Source: an uncultured Gemmatimonadaceae bacterium (lineage in GTDB: Bacteria > Gemmatimonadota > Gemmatimonadetes > Gemmatimonadales > Gemmatimonadaceae). From it: 64,000 nt of DNA. Below are positions 8,880 through 18,289 of the stretch, in pieces. The notes under the pieces are model-generated. The model saw only the letters and a program-made list of their open reading frames with translations, searched no databases and was not told the DNA's origin. Where the stretch lies: the NCBI GenBank assembly GCA_963843845.1, contig CAWJMB010000002.1, forward strand, positions 3,431,597-3,495,596, read 5' to 3'. Position 1 is the first letter of the stretch. The number at the start of each line of letters is the position of its first letter. Both the position numbers and the translations under genes were made by a program.

Positions 8880-10412
8880 CTACACCACCTTCGCCTTCCA
8901 CGCCCCCCGCCGGAACAGCACCGCCGCGGCGACGGCCAGCAGCGAGAACGACGCCGCGATCGCGACGTACACCCCGCTCGGCCCCATCCCGAGCGGGCGC
9001 GCGAGCACCCACGCGACCGGGATCCCGAACACCCAGAACGCGCCGAGGTTGAGCAGCGTCGGCGTGCGCGTGTCGCCCGCCCCGTTGAACGCCGCCGTGA
9101 GCACCATCCCGAACGCGTAGAACACGAAGCCGCTCGCGACGATGCGCAGACAGGCGACGCCGTAGCGCGCGACCGCCGCGTCCGCCGTGAACGGCGACAC
9201 GATCTGCGGCGCCGCGGCGATGAACACCACGCCGATCACACCGAGGAAGGCGAGGTTGTAGAACCCCGTCCGCCACACCGCCGCCTCCGCGCGCGCCGGG
9301 TCCTTCGCGCCTAACGCCTGGCCGACGAGCGTCGCCGCAGCGTTGCTCAGCCCCCACGACGGCAGCAGCGCGAACAGCACGACGCGGATGCCGATCGTGT
9401 AGCCGGCGACCGCGAGACTGCCGAAGCCGGCGACGATCCGCACGAGCCCGATCCAGCTCGCCGTACCGATGAGCGACTGCAACGTCGCCGAGCTGCCGAT
9501 CCGCAGGATCTGTCGGATGACGTCATCGTTCACCCGCACATGCCGCCGCGCGACCGTCACGCGCCCCGGCCGCGTGAGCCGCCAGATCGCGAACGCCGCC
9601 CCCGTGCTCCGCCCGATCGTCGTCGCCACGGCCGCGCCGGTGACGCCGAGCGCCGGGAACGGCCCCAGGCCGAAGATGAGACAGGGACCGAGCAGGATGT
9701 TGATCGCGTTCGCCAGCCAGAGCACGCGCATCGCGATCGCCGCGTCGCCCGCGCCGCGGAACACGGCGTTCACGACGAACAACGTGATGACCGAGACCTC
9801 TCCGCCGAGCATCACGCGCGCGTACGTCGAGCCGATCGCGAGCACCCCCGGCGACGCGCCCATCATCGCCAGCAGCGTCGGGGCGAGGATGACCCCGACG
9901 ACGCCCAACACGACCGACACGGCGAGCCCGAGAACGATCGCCTGCACCGCGCTCTCCGCCGCGCGCTCCGCGTCGTTCTCGCCGATGCGACGCGCCACGA
10001 CCGCCGTCGCACCGATCGCGATCCCCATCGCGATGGCGTAGATGACCGTGAGCAGCGACTCGGTGAGCCCGACAGTCGAGACCGCGTCGGCGCCGAGTCG
10101 GCTGACGAAGAACACGTCGGTCACGGCGAAGACGCTCTCCATGGCCATCTCGAGCACCATCGGCACGGCGAGCAGGAGGATCGCGCGCCCGACGGGTCCC
10201 TTCGTGTAGTCGTGCTCGACGCCTTTCAGCGCGTCGCGCACGCCAGACCAGAAGCCGGGGTCGTGCGACCCCGGCGGGTCAGGCGGAGGCGCGGTCGGCG
10301 GCACCCGCTCGGGGCGATCGGCGAGCCGGGGGTCGCTCATGCGGAACGTGGTGGGCGCGAGCGCGGGGAACTGCTCGAACGACTCGAAGATCTCGAACGA
10401 CGTGGTCGACAT
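8880..10412 (-). CDS. MATE family efflux transporter
   Basis: LLLAVPMVLEM, FRGAGDA, AFNGAGDTRTP; AGGAG RBS before the ATG at 10412. Confidence 0.93.
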   Translation of the reverse strand: MSTTSFEIFESFEQFPALAPTTFRMSDPRLADRPERVPPTAPPPDPPGSHDPGFWSGVRDALKGVEHDYTKGPVGRAILLLAVPMVLEMAMESVFAVTDVFFVSRLGADAVSTVGLTESLLTVIYAIAMGIAIGATAVVARRIGENDAERAAESAVQAIVLGLAVSVVLGVVGVILAPTLLAMMGASPGVLAIGSTYARVMLGGEVSVITLFVVNAVFRGAGDAAIAMRVLWLANAINILLGPCLIFGLGPFPALGVTGAAVATTIGRSTGAAFAIWRLTRPGRVTVARRHVRVNDDVIRQILRIGSSATLQSLIGTASWIGLVRIVAGFGSLAVAGYTIGIRVVLFALLPSWGLSNAAATLVGQALGAKDPARAEAAVWRTGFYNLAFLGVIGVVFIAAAPQIVSPFTADAAVARYGVACLRIVASGFVFYAFGMVLTAAFNGAGDTRTPTLLNLGAFWVFGIPVAWVLARPLGMGPSGVYVAIAASFSLLAVAAAVLFRRGAWKAKVV

Positions 10413-10434
10413 GAACGCACTCCTGCCAGGCATC

Positions 10435-10484
10435 GGGAAACGAGTCGCCCCACCTGGCCCGGTTCGGCACAGGTGGGGCGACTC
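10435..10484 (-). terminator. putative attenuator hairpin in the MATE leader
   Basis: 15-bp perfect stem GAGTCGCCCCACCTG/CAGGTGGGGCGACTC followed by GTTT on the minus strand, just before the RBS. Confidence 0.7.
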
Positions 10485-10505
10485 TCGACGCGGAGCAGGG
10501 CGCGG

Positions 10506-10643
10506 TCAGTCGCGCCTGAGGTCCTGAGTCCCTGTGCGGCCAGCGCTGCGGCGCGCGACGACGTCGACGCGCGCGATCCACGTCGACGTCGGCGCGAACG
10601 GCCGGGCGGCGACGTGGTCGGGAGCGAAGGCGGAGAGACGCAT
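10506..10643 (-). CDS. putative 45-aa leader peptide
   Basis: MRLSAFAPDH...QDLRRD lies between the promoter and the hairpin; stop about 21 nt before the stem. Confidence 0.4.
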   Translation of the reverse strand: MRLSAFAPDHVAARPFAPTSTWIARVDVVARRSAGRTGTQDLRRD

Positions 10644-10712
10644 CAGTCGGTCGAACGGGGAACGAGCAGGCGACGGGCGGGCCCCGGTCGGGGTGCCGAT
10701 CGCGGAGGGCGC

Positions 10713-10741
10713 ACGGTAGAGGATACTCGGCACCGCGTCAA
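10713..10741 (-). promoter_or_regulatory. putative sigma70 promoter for the leader and MATE gene
   Basis: TTGACG-17 nt-TACCGT. Confidence 0.6.
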
Positions 10742-10785
10742 GTCGTCACGGGGCGCGACGAGACGGCTCGACGAGGCTCGAAGCG

Positions 10786-11082
10786 TCACTGTTCTTTCAC
10801 GAACCACGCTCTCGGTCCGGAGAAGTCGAACACGAGCACGTCGCCCTCCCCGCGCGCGAACGTCGTCGTCGTGGCGTGCGGATGCTCGGGATTGTCGGTG
10901 CGGAGCACGTCGGCGTCGACCGAGTAGACGAGGCGCACGACGTGCTCGTGCCCCTCGACGACGATCGTGTAGAGCAGTCGCCCGCCGGATTGGAACTCCA
11001 TGCGCACCCCGGGCGCGAAGTCGAGCGCCGCGTCGGCCCGCAGCAGGCGCCACGTCCCGAGGAGCCAGTCGGGGGTCGTCAC
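10786..11082 (-). CDS. small lipocalin-like hypothetical protein
   Basis: WLLGTWRLL N-terminal motif, beta-rich; GTG start overlaps the AI-2E stop. Confidence 0.65.
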   Translation of the reverse strand: MTTPDWLLGTWRLLRADAALDFAPGVRMEFQSGGRLLYTIVVEGHEHVVRLVYSVDADVLRTDNPEHPHATTTTFARGEGDVLVFDFSGPRAWFVKEQ

Positions 11083-12281
11083 GTGCGTGCCACCCACCGC
11101 CGCTCGCGCTCGTCGCGCTGGCCGAGGAACTCGCCGAACGCCGCGAACGGGGCCGCGTGGTCGCAGACGATCTTGATCGCGGCGAGGATCGGCACGGCGA
11201 CGAAGGCCCCCGGCACGCCCCAGACCCACCACCAGAACGCGATCCCGACGAAGATCGCGACCGGGTTCAGCGTCAGCCGATGGCCGAGCAGCGTCGGCGA
11301 CACGATGTTGCCCTGCACCAGGTTGATCGCGAGAAAGCTCCCCGGCACGAGCAACGCGTGCGGCACGCTGTCGAACGTCGCGAGCGCAGCGAGCGTGAGC
11401 ACCATCACCATGACCGTCGCGCCGAGGAACGGCACGAACTCGACCAGCGTGACGAGGGCGCCCCAGAACAGCGCGTTGGGCATCCCGAGCAACGCCAGCA
11501 CGCCGGCGACGAGCAGCCCTTCGACGACGTTGATCGCGGCGGTCGTCAGCAGATACGTCGAGATCGACGCTTCGATCTCGCGCGCGATGAGCACGACGGC
11601 CTGCTTGTCCTCCTCGCGCGGAATCACCTTCACGAGCTTCTGCACGAACAGATCGCCCGACGCGAGCAGGAAGTAGAGCAGGATCGCCACCTCCAGGATC
11701 CCGGCGAGCAGCTTCTGTGTCGTCCCGAACACGCGCGACACGATGCTCGGCCCCTTCACGACCACCTCGGTCGTGCGACCGCTCGGCGCCGGGGACGTGG
11801 CTCGCTCGACCTGCTCCGCCGTGCGCTGCACCTGCTGCACCGGCCGCAGGATCCGCCGCACCTTCGCCTGCGCGGTCGCGACGGCCGACGGGGCCTGGGT
11901 CGCCCACCGCTGCACCGGGTCCGACAGCTCGTAGACGGCGAGCGACACCGTCGCGATGAGTCCGAGCACGACGATCCCCGCGCCGAGCGGGATCGGCACC
12001 CGAAGCCGCGACAGGGCGCGGACCACGGGGCTCAGCAGAAAGTCGAGCAGCAGCGCGATGACGATCGGCAGGAGAAAGTCGCGCGCGAAGTAGAGCGTGT
12101 AGAGCACCGCGAGGATGCTCAGGATCGTGAGCGCCGTCGAGCGGCCGCGGGCGCTCGTGAGCATGCGGCCGGTGCGCGCGAGGTCGGGCGTCGGCGCCGT
12201 ATCGGTCGCCCGCGTCGCGCGTGCGTTCGGATCGACGTCGGGCGTGAGCACCGACGTCGCAGTGGTGTCAGGGGCACTCAT
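11079..12281 (-). CDS. AI-2E family transporter
   Basis: FLLPIVIA..LSPVV, EFVPFLG, QGNIVSPTLLG...LNPV, WGVPGAFVAVP. Confidence 0.92.
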   Translation of the reverse strand: MSAPDTTATSVLTPDVDPNARATRATDTAPTPDLARTGRMLTSARGRSTALTILSILAVLYTLYFARDFLLPIVIALLLDFLLSPVVRALSRLRVPIPLGAGIVVLGLIATVSLAVYELSDPVQRWATQAPSAVATAQAKVRRILRPVQQVQRTAEQVERATSPAPSGRTTEVVVKGPSIVSRVFGTTQKLLAGILEVAILLYFLLASGDLFVQKLVKVIPREEDKQAVVLIAREIEASISTYLLTTAAINVVEGLLVAGVLALLGMPNALFWGALVTLVEFVPFLGATVMVMVLTLAALATFDSVPHALLVPGSFLAINLVQGNIVSPTLLGHRLTLNPVAIFVGIAFWWWVWGVPGAFVAVPILAAIKIVCDHAAPFAAFGEFLGQRDERERRWVART

Positions 12282-12318
12282 GACGTGCTGGCTTCGGCAA
12301 GGCAGAGGCCAGGGTGCG

Positions 12319-12921
12319 TCATGCCCCGGTCCAGTACCCGCCGGCGACACGCGCCATCGACGGCGCGTACCCCGCCTGGAGCTGCCGCGTCACGCGCTCC
12401 GCTCCCCCGGTCGCCGGGACCGCGGGACCGAACGCGACGACGCGCCGCCCCCAGTCGAACGCGACCGGCACGATCGGCACCTCCGCGCGCTCGGCGATGG
12501 CGTAGTAGCCGGTCTTCCAGGTCGCGACGGACTTGCGCGTGCCTTCTGGCGCGAGCGCGAGGATCATCTGCGGCTCGGCCGCGAACGCCGCGACCGCGTC
12601 GTCGACCGCGCCGAGCCGCTCACCGCGACGCACGGGAATGCCGCCGAGCGAGCGCAGCACGCCGCCGAAGGGCGGCCGGAAGAGCGTGTGCTTCGCCAGC
12701 CAGCGGATGCGGAGCCCGAGCGCCAGCATCGCCAGCACGCCGAGGGGAAAGTCCCAGTTCGAGGTGTGCGGCGCGACGGCGAAGACGACGCGCGGCACGT
12801 CGGGGAGCGACCCCTCGAAGCGCCAGCCGGCCAGCGCGAGCACGCCGCGGGCGGCGGAGCGCGTGAGGAGCCCGAAGCGCCGCGGGATCGACGCGCCGAT
12901 CGGAGGCAGCGGGATCGTCAG
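12319..12921 (-). CDS. 1-acyl-sn-glycerol-3-phosphate acyltransferase family protein (start uncertain)
   Basis: APHTSNWDF, LAPEGTR, WKTGYY. Confidence 0.88.
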   Translation of the reverse strand: MTIPLPPIGASIPRRFGLLTRSAARGVLALAGWRFEGSLPDVPRVVFAVAPHTSNWDFPLGVLAMLALGLRIRWLAKHTLFRPPFGGVLRSLGGIPVRRGERLGAVDDAVAAFAAEPQMILALAPEGTRKSVATWKTGYYAIAERAEVPIVPVAFDWGRRVVAFGPAVPATGGAERVTRQLQAGYAPSMARVAGGYWTGA

Positions 12922-13292
12922 GAGGCGTCGGGGCGCTCGATCGGCAGCCCGTCCTCCTGCCACGCGCGCCACCCGCCGGCGACCGAGCGCACGTTCGTGT
13001 AGCCCATCTTCTGCAGCGAGTCGGCCGCGAGCGCCGAGCGGAAGCCGCCGCCGCACATGAGGAGGACTTCGCTCGAGGCGTCGGGCACGAGTCGCTCGAT
13101 GTCGCGCTCGATGACGCCGCGCCCGACGTGCGTCGCGCCGGCCGGGTGCGCCTCGTTCCACTCGCGGTCCTCGCGCACGTCGATCAGCCGCGCGCCGGCG
13201 GCCTGCCGCTCGGCGGCCTCCTGCGGCGTGATCTCGGTGACGGTGCCGCGGATGCTGTCGACGATGCGGATAAAGCCGGGAGAGTGATCCAT
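12918..13292 (-). CDS. rhodanese-like domain protein
   Basis: IDVREDREW, CGGGFRSAL, SVAGGWRAW. Confidence 0.92.
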   Translation of the reverse strand: MDHSPGFIRIVDSIRGTVTEITPQEAAERQAAGARLIDVREDREWNEAHPAGATHVGRGVIERDIERLVPDASSEVLLMCGGGFRSALAADSLQKMGYTNVRSVAGGWRAWQEDGLPIERPDAS

Positions 13293-13408
13293 GGGGCTCG
13301 CGATGAGGGGAAGCGGAAGGCGCGCGACGAAATCGACACCGATTCGACCGTCGCCCCGTAGTATCTCGTGATCGCCGTACTTTTTCGACTTCTGACCTAG
13401 AGGACCGC

Positions 13409-13924
13409 ATGGCCGAGTTCGGATCGAGCCGCTCCATCGTCGACCGGATGCGCGGAGCCGCCGCGCTCGACGTCGCGACATACGAAGAGGTCGAGCACGA
13501 CCTCAATGCGACCGGCCAGGCGGCCGTCGTCGTCGTGCTCGCCGCGATCGCGTCCGGCATCGGCAACTACTTCCACGGCGGCCCCGGCATCATCAGCGCG
13601 CTCGTGGCCGCGCTCATCGGCTGGGCGTCGTGGGCCGGCATCACCTACTTCATCGGGACGCGCTTCTTCGGCGGCACCGCGACGTGGGGCGAGCTCCTCC
13701 GCACGCTCGGCTTCGCGCAGTCGCCGGGGCTGCTCATGGTCCTCGGGATCATCCCGATCGTCGGCGGGCTCGTGCGCCTCGCCGTCGCCGTCTGGCTGCT
13801 GGTGGCCGGCGTCATCGCGATCCGCCAGGCGCTCGACATCGAGACCGGCAAGGCGGTGCTCGTCGGGCTCTGCGGCTGGCTCGTCTACCTCGTGCTCGGC
13901 ATCCTGACGTCGATGCTGTTCTGA
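13409..13924 (+). CDS. YIP1 family membrane protein
   Basis: LDVATYEEVEHD..ATGQA, RTLGFAQSPG; about 5 TM segments. Confidence 0.8.
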   Translation: MAEFGSSRSIVDRMRGAAALDVATYEEVEHDLNATGQAAVVVVLAAIASGIGNYFHGGPGIISALVAALIGWASWAGITYFIGTRFFGGTATWGELLRTLGFAQSPGLLMVLGIIPIVGGLVRLAVAVWLLVAGVIAIRQALDIETGKAVLVGLCGWLVYLVLGILTSMLF

Positions 13925-14144
13925 CGACCGGCGTCCGCACCGCAGCGGGGCCCAGGCGTGTTCCGCCTGGGCCTCTCGTTCGTCGGGTCCAGTCTGACCG
14001 AGCGGTCAAGAACCGGGTCGCCGCACGGGCCCCGGGGGTGCCAGGAGTGGGCGCGGATGACGAGACTACGAGGACCACGGACGACGCGCGGCAGGATGCT
14101 GCGCGGCTGCCGTCCCGCCTCGCTCTCCTCGACCGAAGCCCCGC

Positions 14145-15005
14145 ATGCGTCGACCCGCGCCCCGCAAACTGGTTCAGCACGTCCTCGTCGCCGGCACGGC
14201 CGCGCTCCTCGTCGCGGCGCGCCTGACCCCGACGCCGCAGCAGAACGGGCCGGTCGTGAAGGACGCGTACGCCCTGATGACGCGCCCCGTCGCGTCGGGC
14301 GTCCTGAGCCGCACGCCGCTCGGCGCGCTCGCGTCGCGCGGCGACAGCACTCGCGCCGGCGGCGCCTCGCTCTCGACGGCCGCGCAGACCGCGCTCGACG
14401 CGCTGCGTCCCGACGTCGCGACGCTGAGCCACCCGCGGGCGCTCGAGGACGCGTTCCGCAGCTACTTCGCGTACCGCGCGGCGCACGCCGACGCGCCGGG
14501 GAAGCCGCTGCTCTACTTCGTCGACTACGGCCTCTCCAGCACGACGCCGCGCGGCTACGTGTTCGACATGGAGAAGCTCGCGGTCGTCGACGGGCCGTTC
14601 ATGGTCGCGCACGGCCGGGGCTCGCGCGCCGGCGGCGACGGCGTGCCGACGTACTTCTCGAACACCTTCGGCAGCGCGACGACGTCGCTCGGGCTGTTCG
14701 TCGCGCAGGAGCTGTACAGCTTCGTCGGCCACGCGTCGGGACGTCGGTACTCGTCGATCGGCCTGCGGCTGCAGGGCGTCTCGGGGCGCTTCAACGACAA
14801 GGCCCGCTCGAGGGGAGTCGTGGCGCATGGCGCGCCGTACGTGACGGCGTCGCGCGCGGGGCGGAGCGAAGGGTGCCCGGCGGTCGACCCGGAACGGGCG
14901 GAGCGGCTGCTGCCGAAGCTGGCGAACGGAGCGCTCGTCTTCCTCTTCGCGCCGGACGAGCGGTGGATGGCGAACGATCCGTGGCTCGCGGGGAACGCGG
15001 GGTGA
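14145..15005 (+). CDS. murein L,D-transpeptidase catalytic domain family protein
   Basis: VAHGRGS, FSN, TSLG, VVAHGAPY, GRSEGCPA. Confidence 0.85.
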   Translation: MRRPAPRKLVQHVLVAGTAALLVAARLTPTPQQNGPVVKDAYALMTRPVASGVLSRTPLGALASRGDSTRAGGASLSTAAQTALDALRPDVATLSHPRALEDAFRSYFAYRAAHADAPGKPLLYFVDYGLSSTTPRGYVFDMEKLAVVDGPFMVAHGRGSRAGGDGVPTYFSNTFGSATTSLGLFVAQELYSFVGHASGRRYSSIGLRLQGVSGRFNDKARSRGVVAHGAPYVTASRAGRSEGCPAVDPERAERLLPKLANGALVFLFAPDERWMANDPWLAGNAG

Positions 15006-15246
15006 GACGTCGTCGGGTCGTGGTGACGGGGCCGTTGGACCGCGAGACCGCCCGGTGGGGCTCGTCGACGTGCCGCTGAACCTCCGGCGGTAGCTGAGGC
15101 GGGGTGCGCGGCGTCTGCGGCGGCGCGCTCCCCTTCGCCGCGGCGCGCCATCCCGACGCGCGTCGTCGCCTTCGGCTCGATCGCGCCCGAGCTCCGTGAC
15201 GAGCGATCTCGGGCGCGCGAACGACGTGATCGCGCTGACGACACGC

Positions 15247-15999
15247 TCACGTCAGTGCGCGGTGAAGCCACTCCGCCGCGTCGTCGATCGCGGCGTCGGG
15301 TAGATAGTGGCCGCTCTCCCACCACCGGAGCGTCTTCGGCTCGCCCGCCGCGGCGAACAGCCGCTCTGCCTGCGCCGGCGTCACCGTGCGGTCGCGGCGG
15401 CCGTGGACCATGAGCAGCGGCCGGCCGGCGAGCGTCCGGACCGCGCGCAGCGGGTCGGCGACCGAGCGCACGAGCCGCTCGAACGGGGTGCCGTCGGGAA
15501 GATCGCCTCCCGCCGCGAGCACGACCGCCTTCACGCGTCGCACGTCCGCCGCGACGAGCACGCCGAGGAACGAGCCCATCGAGTAGCCGACGATGCCGAG
15601 GCAGTCGGCGTCGACCTCGGCGCGCGCGCCGAGGTAGCCGAGGGCGAGCCGGGCATCCGCCTGCGCCGTGCGCCACGCCGACGCGAGCGCGATCGGGTTC
15701 CGCATCGCCTGCATGTCCGTCCCGCCGCGCCGCTCCCCGTGCAGCGGCAGGTCGATCGCGAGCGACGCGATGCCGTGGCGCAGCAGCACGCGACCGATCG
15801 TGTCGGCCATCTGCTCCTTGTGCGACGAGTAGCCGTGGAGGAGCAGCGCCGCGGGTGCCGGACGCTCGCCCCTCGGCACCGAGAGGATCGCCGGCACCCG
15901 CTCGGCGCTCCGCTCGAGGCCGAACGAGAGCGTGACGCGGCGACCGCCATCGGCGAGCGGGCGCTCGTCGCGGATCGAGTGGGCGATGCGGTCGGCCAT
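15247..15999 (-). CDS. alpha/beta fold hydrolase
   Basis: LLHGYSS, GYSMG nucleophile elbow, HGRRD, SGH. Confidence 0.88.
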   Translation of the reverse strand: MADRIAHSIRDERPLADGGRRVTLSFGLERSAERVPAILSVPRGERPAPAALLLHGYSSHKEQMADTIGRVLLRHGIASLAIDLPLHGERRGGTDMQAMRNPIALASAWRTAQADARLALGYLGARAEVDADCLGIVGYSMGSFLGVLVAADVRRVKAVVLAAGGDLPDGTPFERLVRSVADPLRAVRTLAGRPLLMVHGRRDRTVTPAQAERLFAAAGEPKTLRWWESGHYLPDAAIDDAAEWLHRALT

Positions 16000-16111
16000 G
16001 GAAGCGGCGTTGGGCGCGGACTGTCGGGCGGCCTGAGCGACCTGCGTCGTGCGCGGCGCGCGGCGTCGCGTGGCGAATGGCGTGCCGGTGCGCGGACCGA
16101 TAGCCTGCGGC

Positions 16112-16615
16112 ATGACGCCACCCGCCACGCCGCGCGACGTCGCGCGCCTCGCGACGATCGGCTACGAAGGCACGACGATGGACGCGTTCCTCGCGACGCT
16201 GCGCGACGCCGGCGTCGCGCTGCTCGTCGACGTGCGCGCCGTCGCCGCCTCGCGCCGCCCCGGATTCTCGAAGACCGCGCTCGCCGCACACCTCCGTGAG
16301 GCCGGGATCGACTACCTCCACCTGCGCGCGTTAGGCACTCCGGCGGCCGGGCGCGCCGCCGCACGCGCGGGACGCCACGCCGAGATGCGGGCGATCTTCC
16401 GCGACCACCTCACGTCGCGCGCCGCGCAGCAGGAGCTCGGCACCCTCGCCGATCTCGCGGCGGGAGGGCGGACGCTGTGCGTGCTCTGCTTCGAGGCCGA
16501 CCCCGCCCACTGCCACCGCACCCTCGTCGCCGAGGCGTTAGGCGGGCGGCTGCCGCTCACGGTCGATCACCTGCGGCCAGACGCGCGAGGCTCCGGCGGT
16601 TCGCGCCCGGCTTGA
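16112..16615 (+). CDS. DUF488 family protein
   Basis: ATIGYEG, LVDVR, SRRPGFSK, LCFEADPAHCHR. Confidence 0.88.
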   Translation: MTPPATPRDVARLATIGYEGTTMDAFLATLRDAGVALLVDVRAVAASRRPGFSKTALAAHLREAGIDYLHLRALGTPAAGRAAARAGRHAEMRAIFRDHLTSRAAQQELGTLADLAAGGRTLCVLCFEADPAHCHRTLVAEALGGRLPLTVDHLRPDARGSGGSRPA

Positions 16616-16677
16616 GCGTACCTTCTGTCGAGAACGGCAGCGAATCCATCCGCGATTCGCTGCAGCTGCCTGATCGG

Positions 16678-18003
16678 TCAGAAGAAGAACGTCCCGCCGC
16701 CCCCGCCGTCGCGCCCGAACCGCGGGTTGACGACGTTGTTGAGTAGGGAGCCGAACGAGTAGCTGAACCCGACGTTCGCGTAGTAGCTGTAGTTCGTCGC
16801 GAGGCGTCGCTGCTGCGTCAGGATTTCCTGATCCGTCGCGCCGCGGCGCGGCAGGTAGAGCTGATTGTTGATCGCCTCGTAGCTGCCCGAGACGTTGAAG
16901 TTGAAACCGCGGAACAGGCGCACGCTCGTCCCCGCGTAGAACGACGCCGAGTTCTTGTCCGTCGCGTCCAGGAACTGACTGAAGTCGGCGCCGCCGCTGA
17001 TCGAGCCCCACGGCTGGTTCTGATAGACCGACAGATTGAGCGTGTGGAGCGGCCGCGTCTCGCGCAGCCTGGCGAAGATCGTCTCCTCCATGTAGCGGAA
17101 CGTCTCCACGCCGACCGCGTACTGCAGCGTCACCGTGCGGCGCGTCGCCTCGGCGTAGGGATAGAAATCGAACTCGATCGCCGGCGTGATGCGGCCATAG
17201 AAGCGCTTGTTCTCGAACGTCGAGGCCCCGAACGAGCTGCGCAGCCCCGCCGAGAGCCGTGGCCCGAGGCTCTTCACCGCGAGCTCGCTCACCGTCGTCG
17301 AGCGCCGGATGAACGTCGACGTCTCGTCGCCGAGGCTGAAGCGGCTCTCGTTGTAGTTCTGGCGGGCGGCGACGTTGAGCTTCCACGCCGCCGTCGTGCG
17401 CCGCGCCGACGCGCTGCCGTTCACCGAGAGGTAGGAGCTCTGCTTCTCGCCGTTCGTGAACATGCTGGCGCTGAGCGTATACACCCAGAGATTCCACCGG
17501 TCGCGCGTGACCTGCCCGGCGTCGGCGCCGGTGCCGGGTCGGGGCGGTGCGAGGGTGATGAGGAGGCGCTCGACCAGCCCGGTGCGCGAGAGGAAGGGCA
17601 CGAGTCCGCGCGCGATCGCCCGCGTCACGCCCCGGCGGATCTCGTCGGGGGTGGCGCCCTGCGACGCGACGAACGTCGCCGTGTCGCCGATCCCGGCGAA
17701 CGCGCGCCGACCGAGGAGGGCGAGCGTGAACTCGCGCCCGCCGCCGCCGGTCGACAGCGTCGTCACGAGGATGTGCACGTCGGCGACCGTGCGGTCGCGC
17801 ACCCAGTTCACGTACGTCATCTCGGTGCGCACGAAGTCCCCGTCGCACTCGTTGCAGTCGAGGAAGACCGTGACCGTCGCCGGGCGGTCGGCCGAGCGGG
17901 CGGTGTCGCGCGGCGTGCCCTGCGCGTGCAGCGGCGCCGGTGGCGGCGCGGCGAGCGCGAGAGCGGCGGCGAGGGCCGCGGCGAGCGAGCGGAGCGTGGA
18001 CAC
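16678..18003 (-). CDS. putative outer-membrane beta-barrel protein
   Basis: Signal peptide, FLDCNECD N-domain, alternating aromatic beta strands, NNVVNPRF near the C-terminus. Confidence 0.7.
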   Translation of the reverse strand: MSTLRSLAAALAAALALAAPPPAPLHAQGTPRDTARSADRPATVTVFLDCNECDGDFVRTEMTYVNWVRDRTVADVHILVTTLSTGGGGREFTLALLGRRAFAGIGDTATFVASQGATPDEIRRGVTRAIARGLVPFLSRTGLVERLLITLAPPRPGTGADAGQVTRDRWNLWVYTLSASMFTNGEKQSSYLSVNGSASARRTTAAWKLNVAARQNYNESRFSLGDETSTFIRRSTTVSELAVKSLGPRLSAGLRSSFGASTFENKRFYGRITPAIEFDFYPYAEATRRTVTLQYAVGVETFRYMEETIFARLRETRPLHTLNLSVYQNQPWGSISGGADFSQFLDATDKNSASFYAGTSVRLFRGFNFNVSGSYEAINNQLYLPRRGATDQEILTQQRRLATNYSYYANVGFSYSFGSLLNNVVNPRFGRDGGGGGTFFF

Positions 18004-18289
18004 GTCGGCCAGAGGGGAAAGGGAGAACGGAGCGCGCGCGGAGGGGCGGACGGGGCGGCGTGTGGAACCCTCGCACGCCGTACGACCGACTGCCTGAATC
18101 GCCGATGACGACTGGATGAAGATTCGGTTAACGGCGTCCTTCAACTCGGCGAGCTGCGCGTTGGACACATCGAGTCGGCGGACCGACGAGCGCGCGGACG
18201 CGACGCCCGGCCACGGCGCGGCGCTGGCGTGAGCCGACCCCGGCGGCGATCATGCCTGACCCGGCCGTTCTCCTCCCCTTCCGTTCCTC

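Noticed and set aside
9540..12866. Long Arg/Ala-rich ORFs (also 53402..56299, 44390..46897, 41543..43531 and many others)
   Set aside because: Shadow or antisense frames of real genes, expected at very high GC where stop codons are rare.
18004..18168. N-terminal extension MSNAQLAELKDAVNRIFIQ of the beta-barrel ORF
   Set aside because: The signal peptide begins near 18003. The extension lies in a divergent promoter region and I cannot support it as coding.
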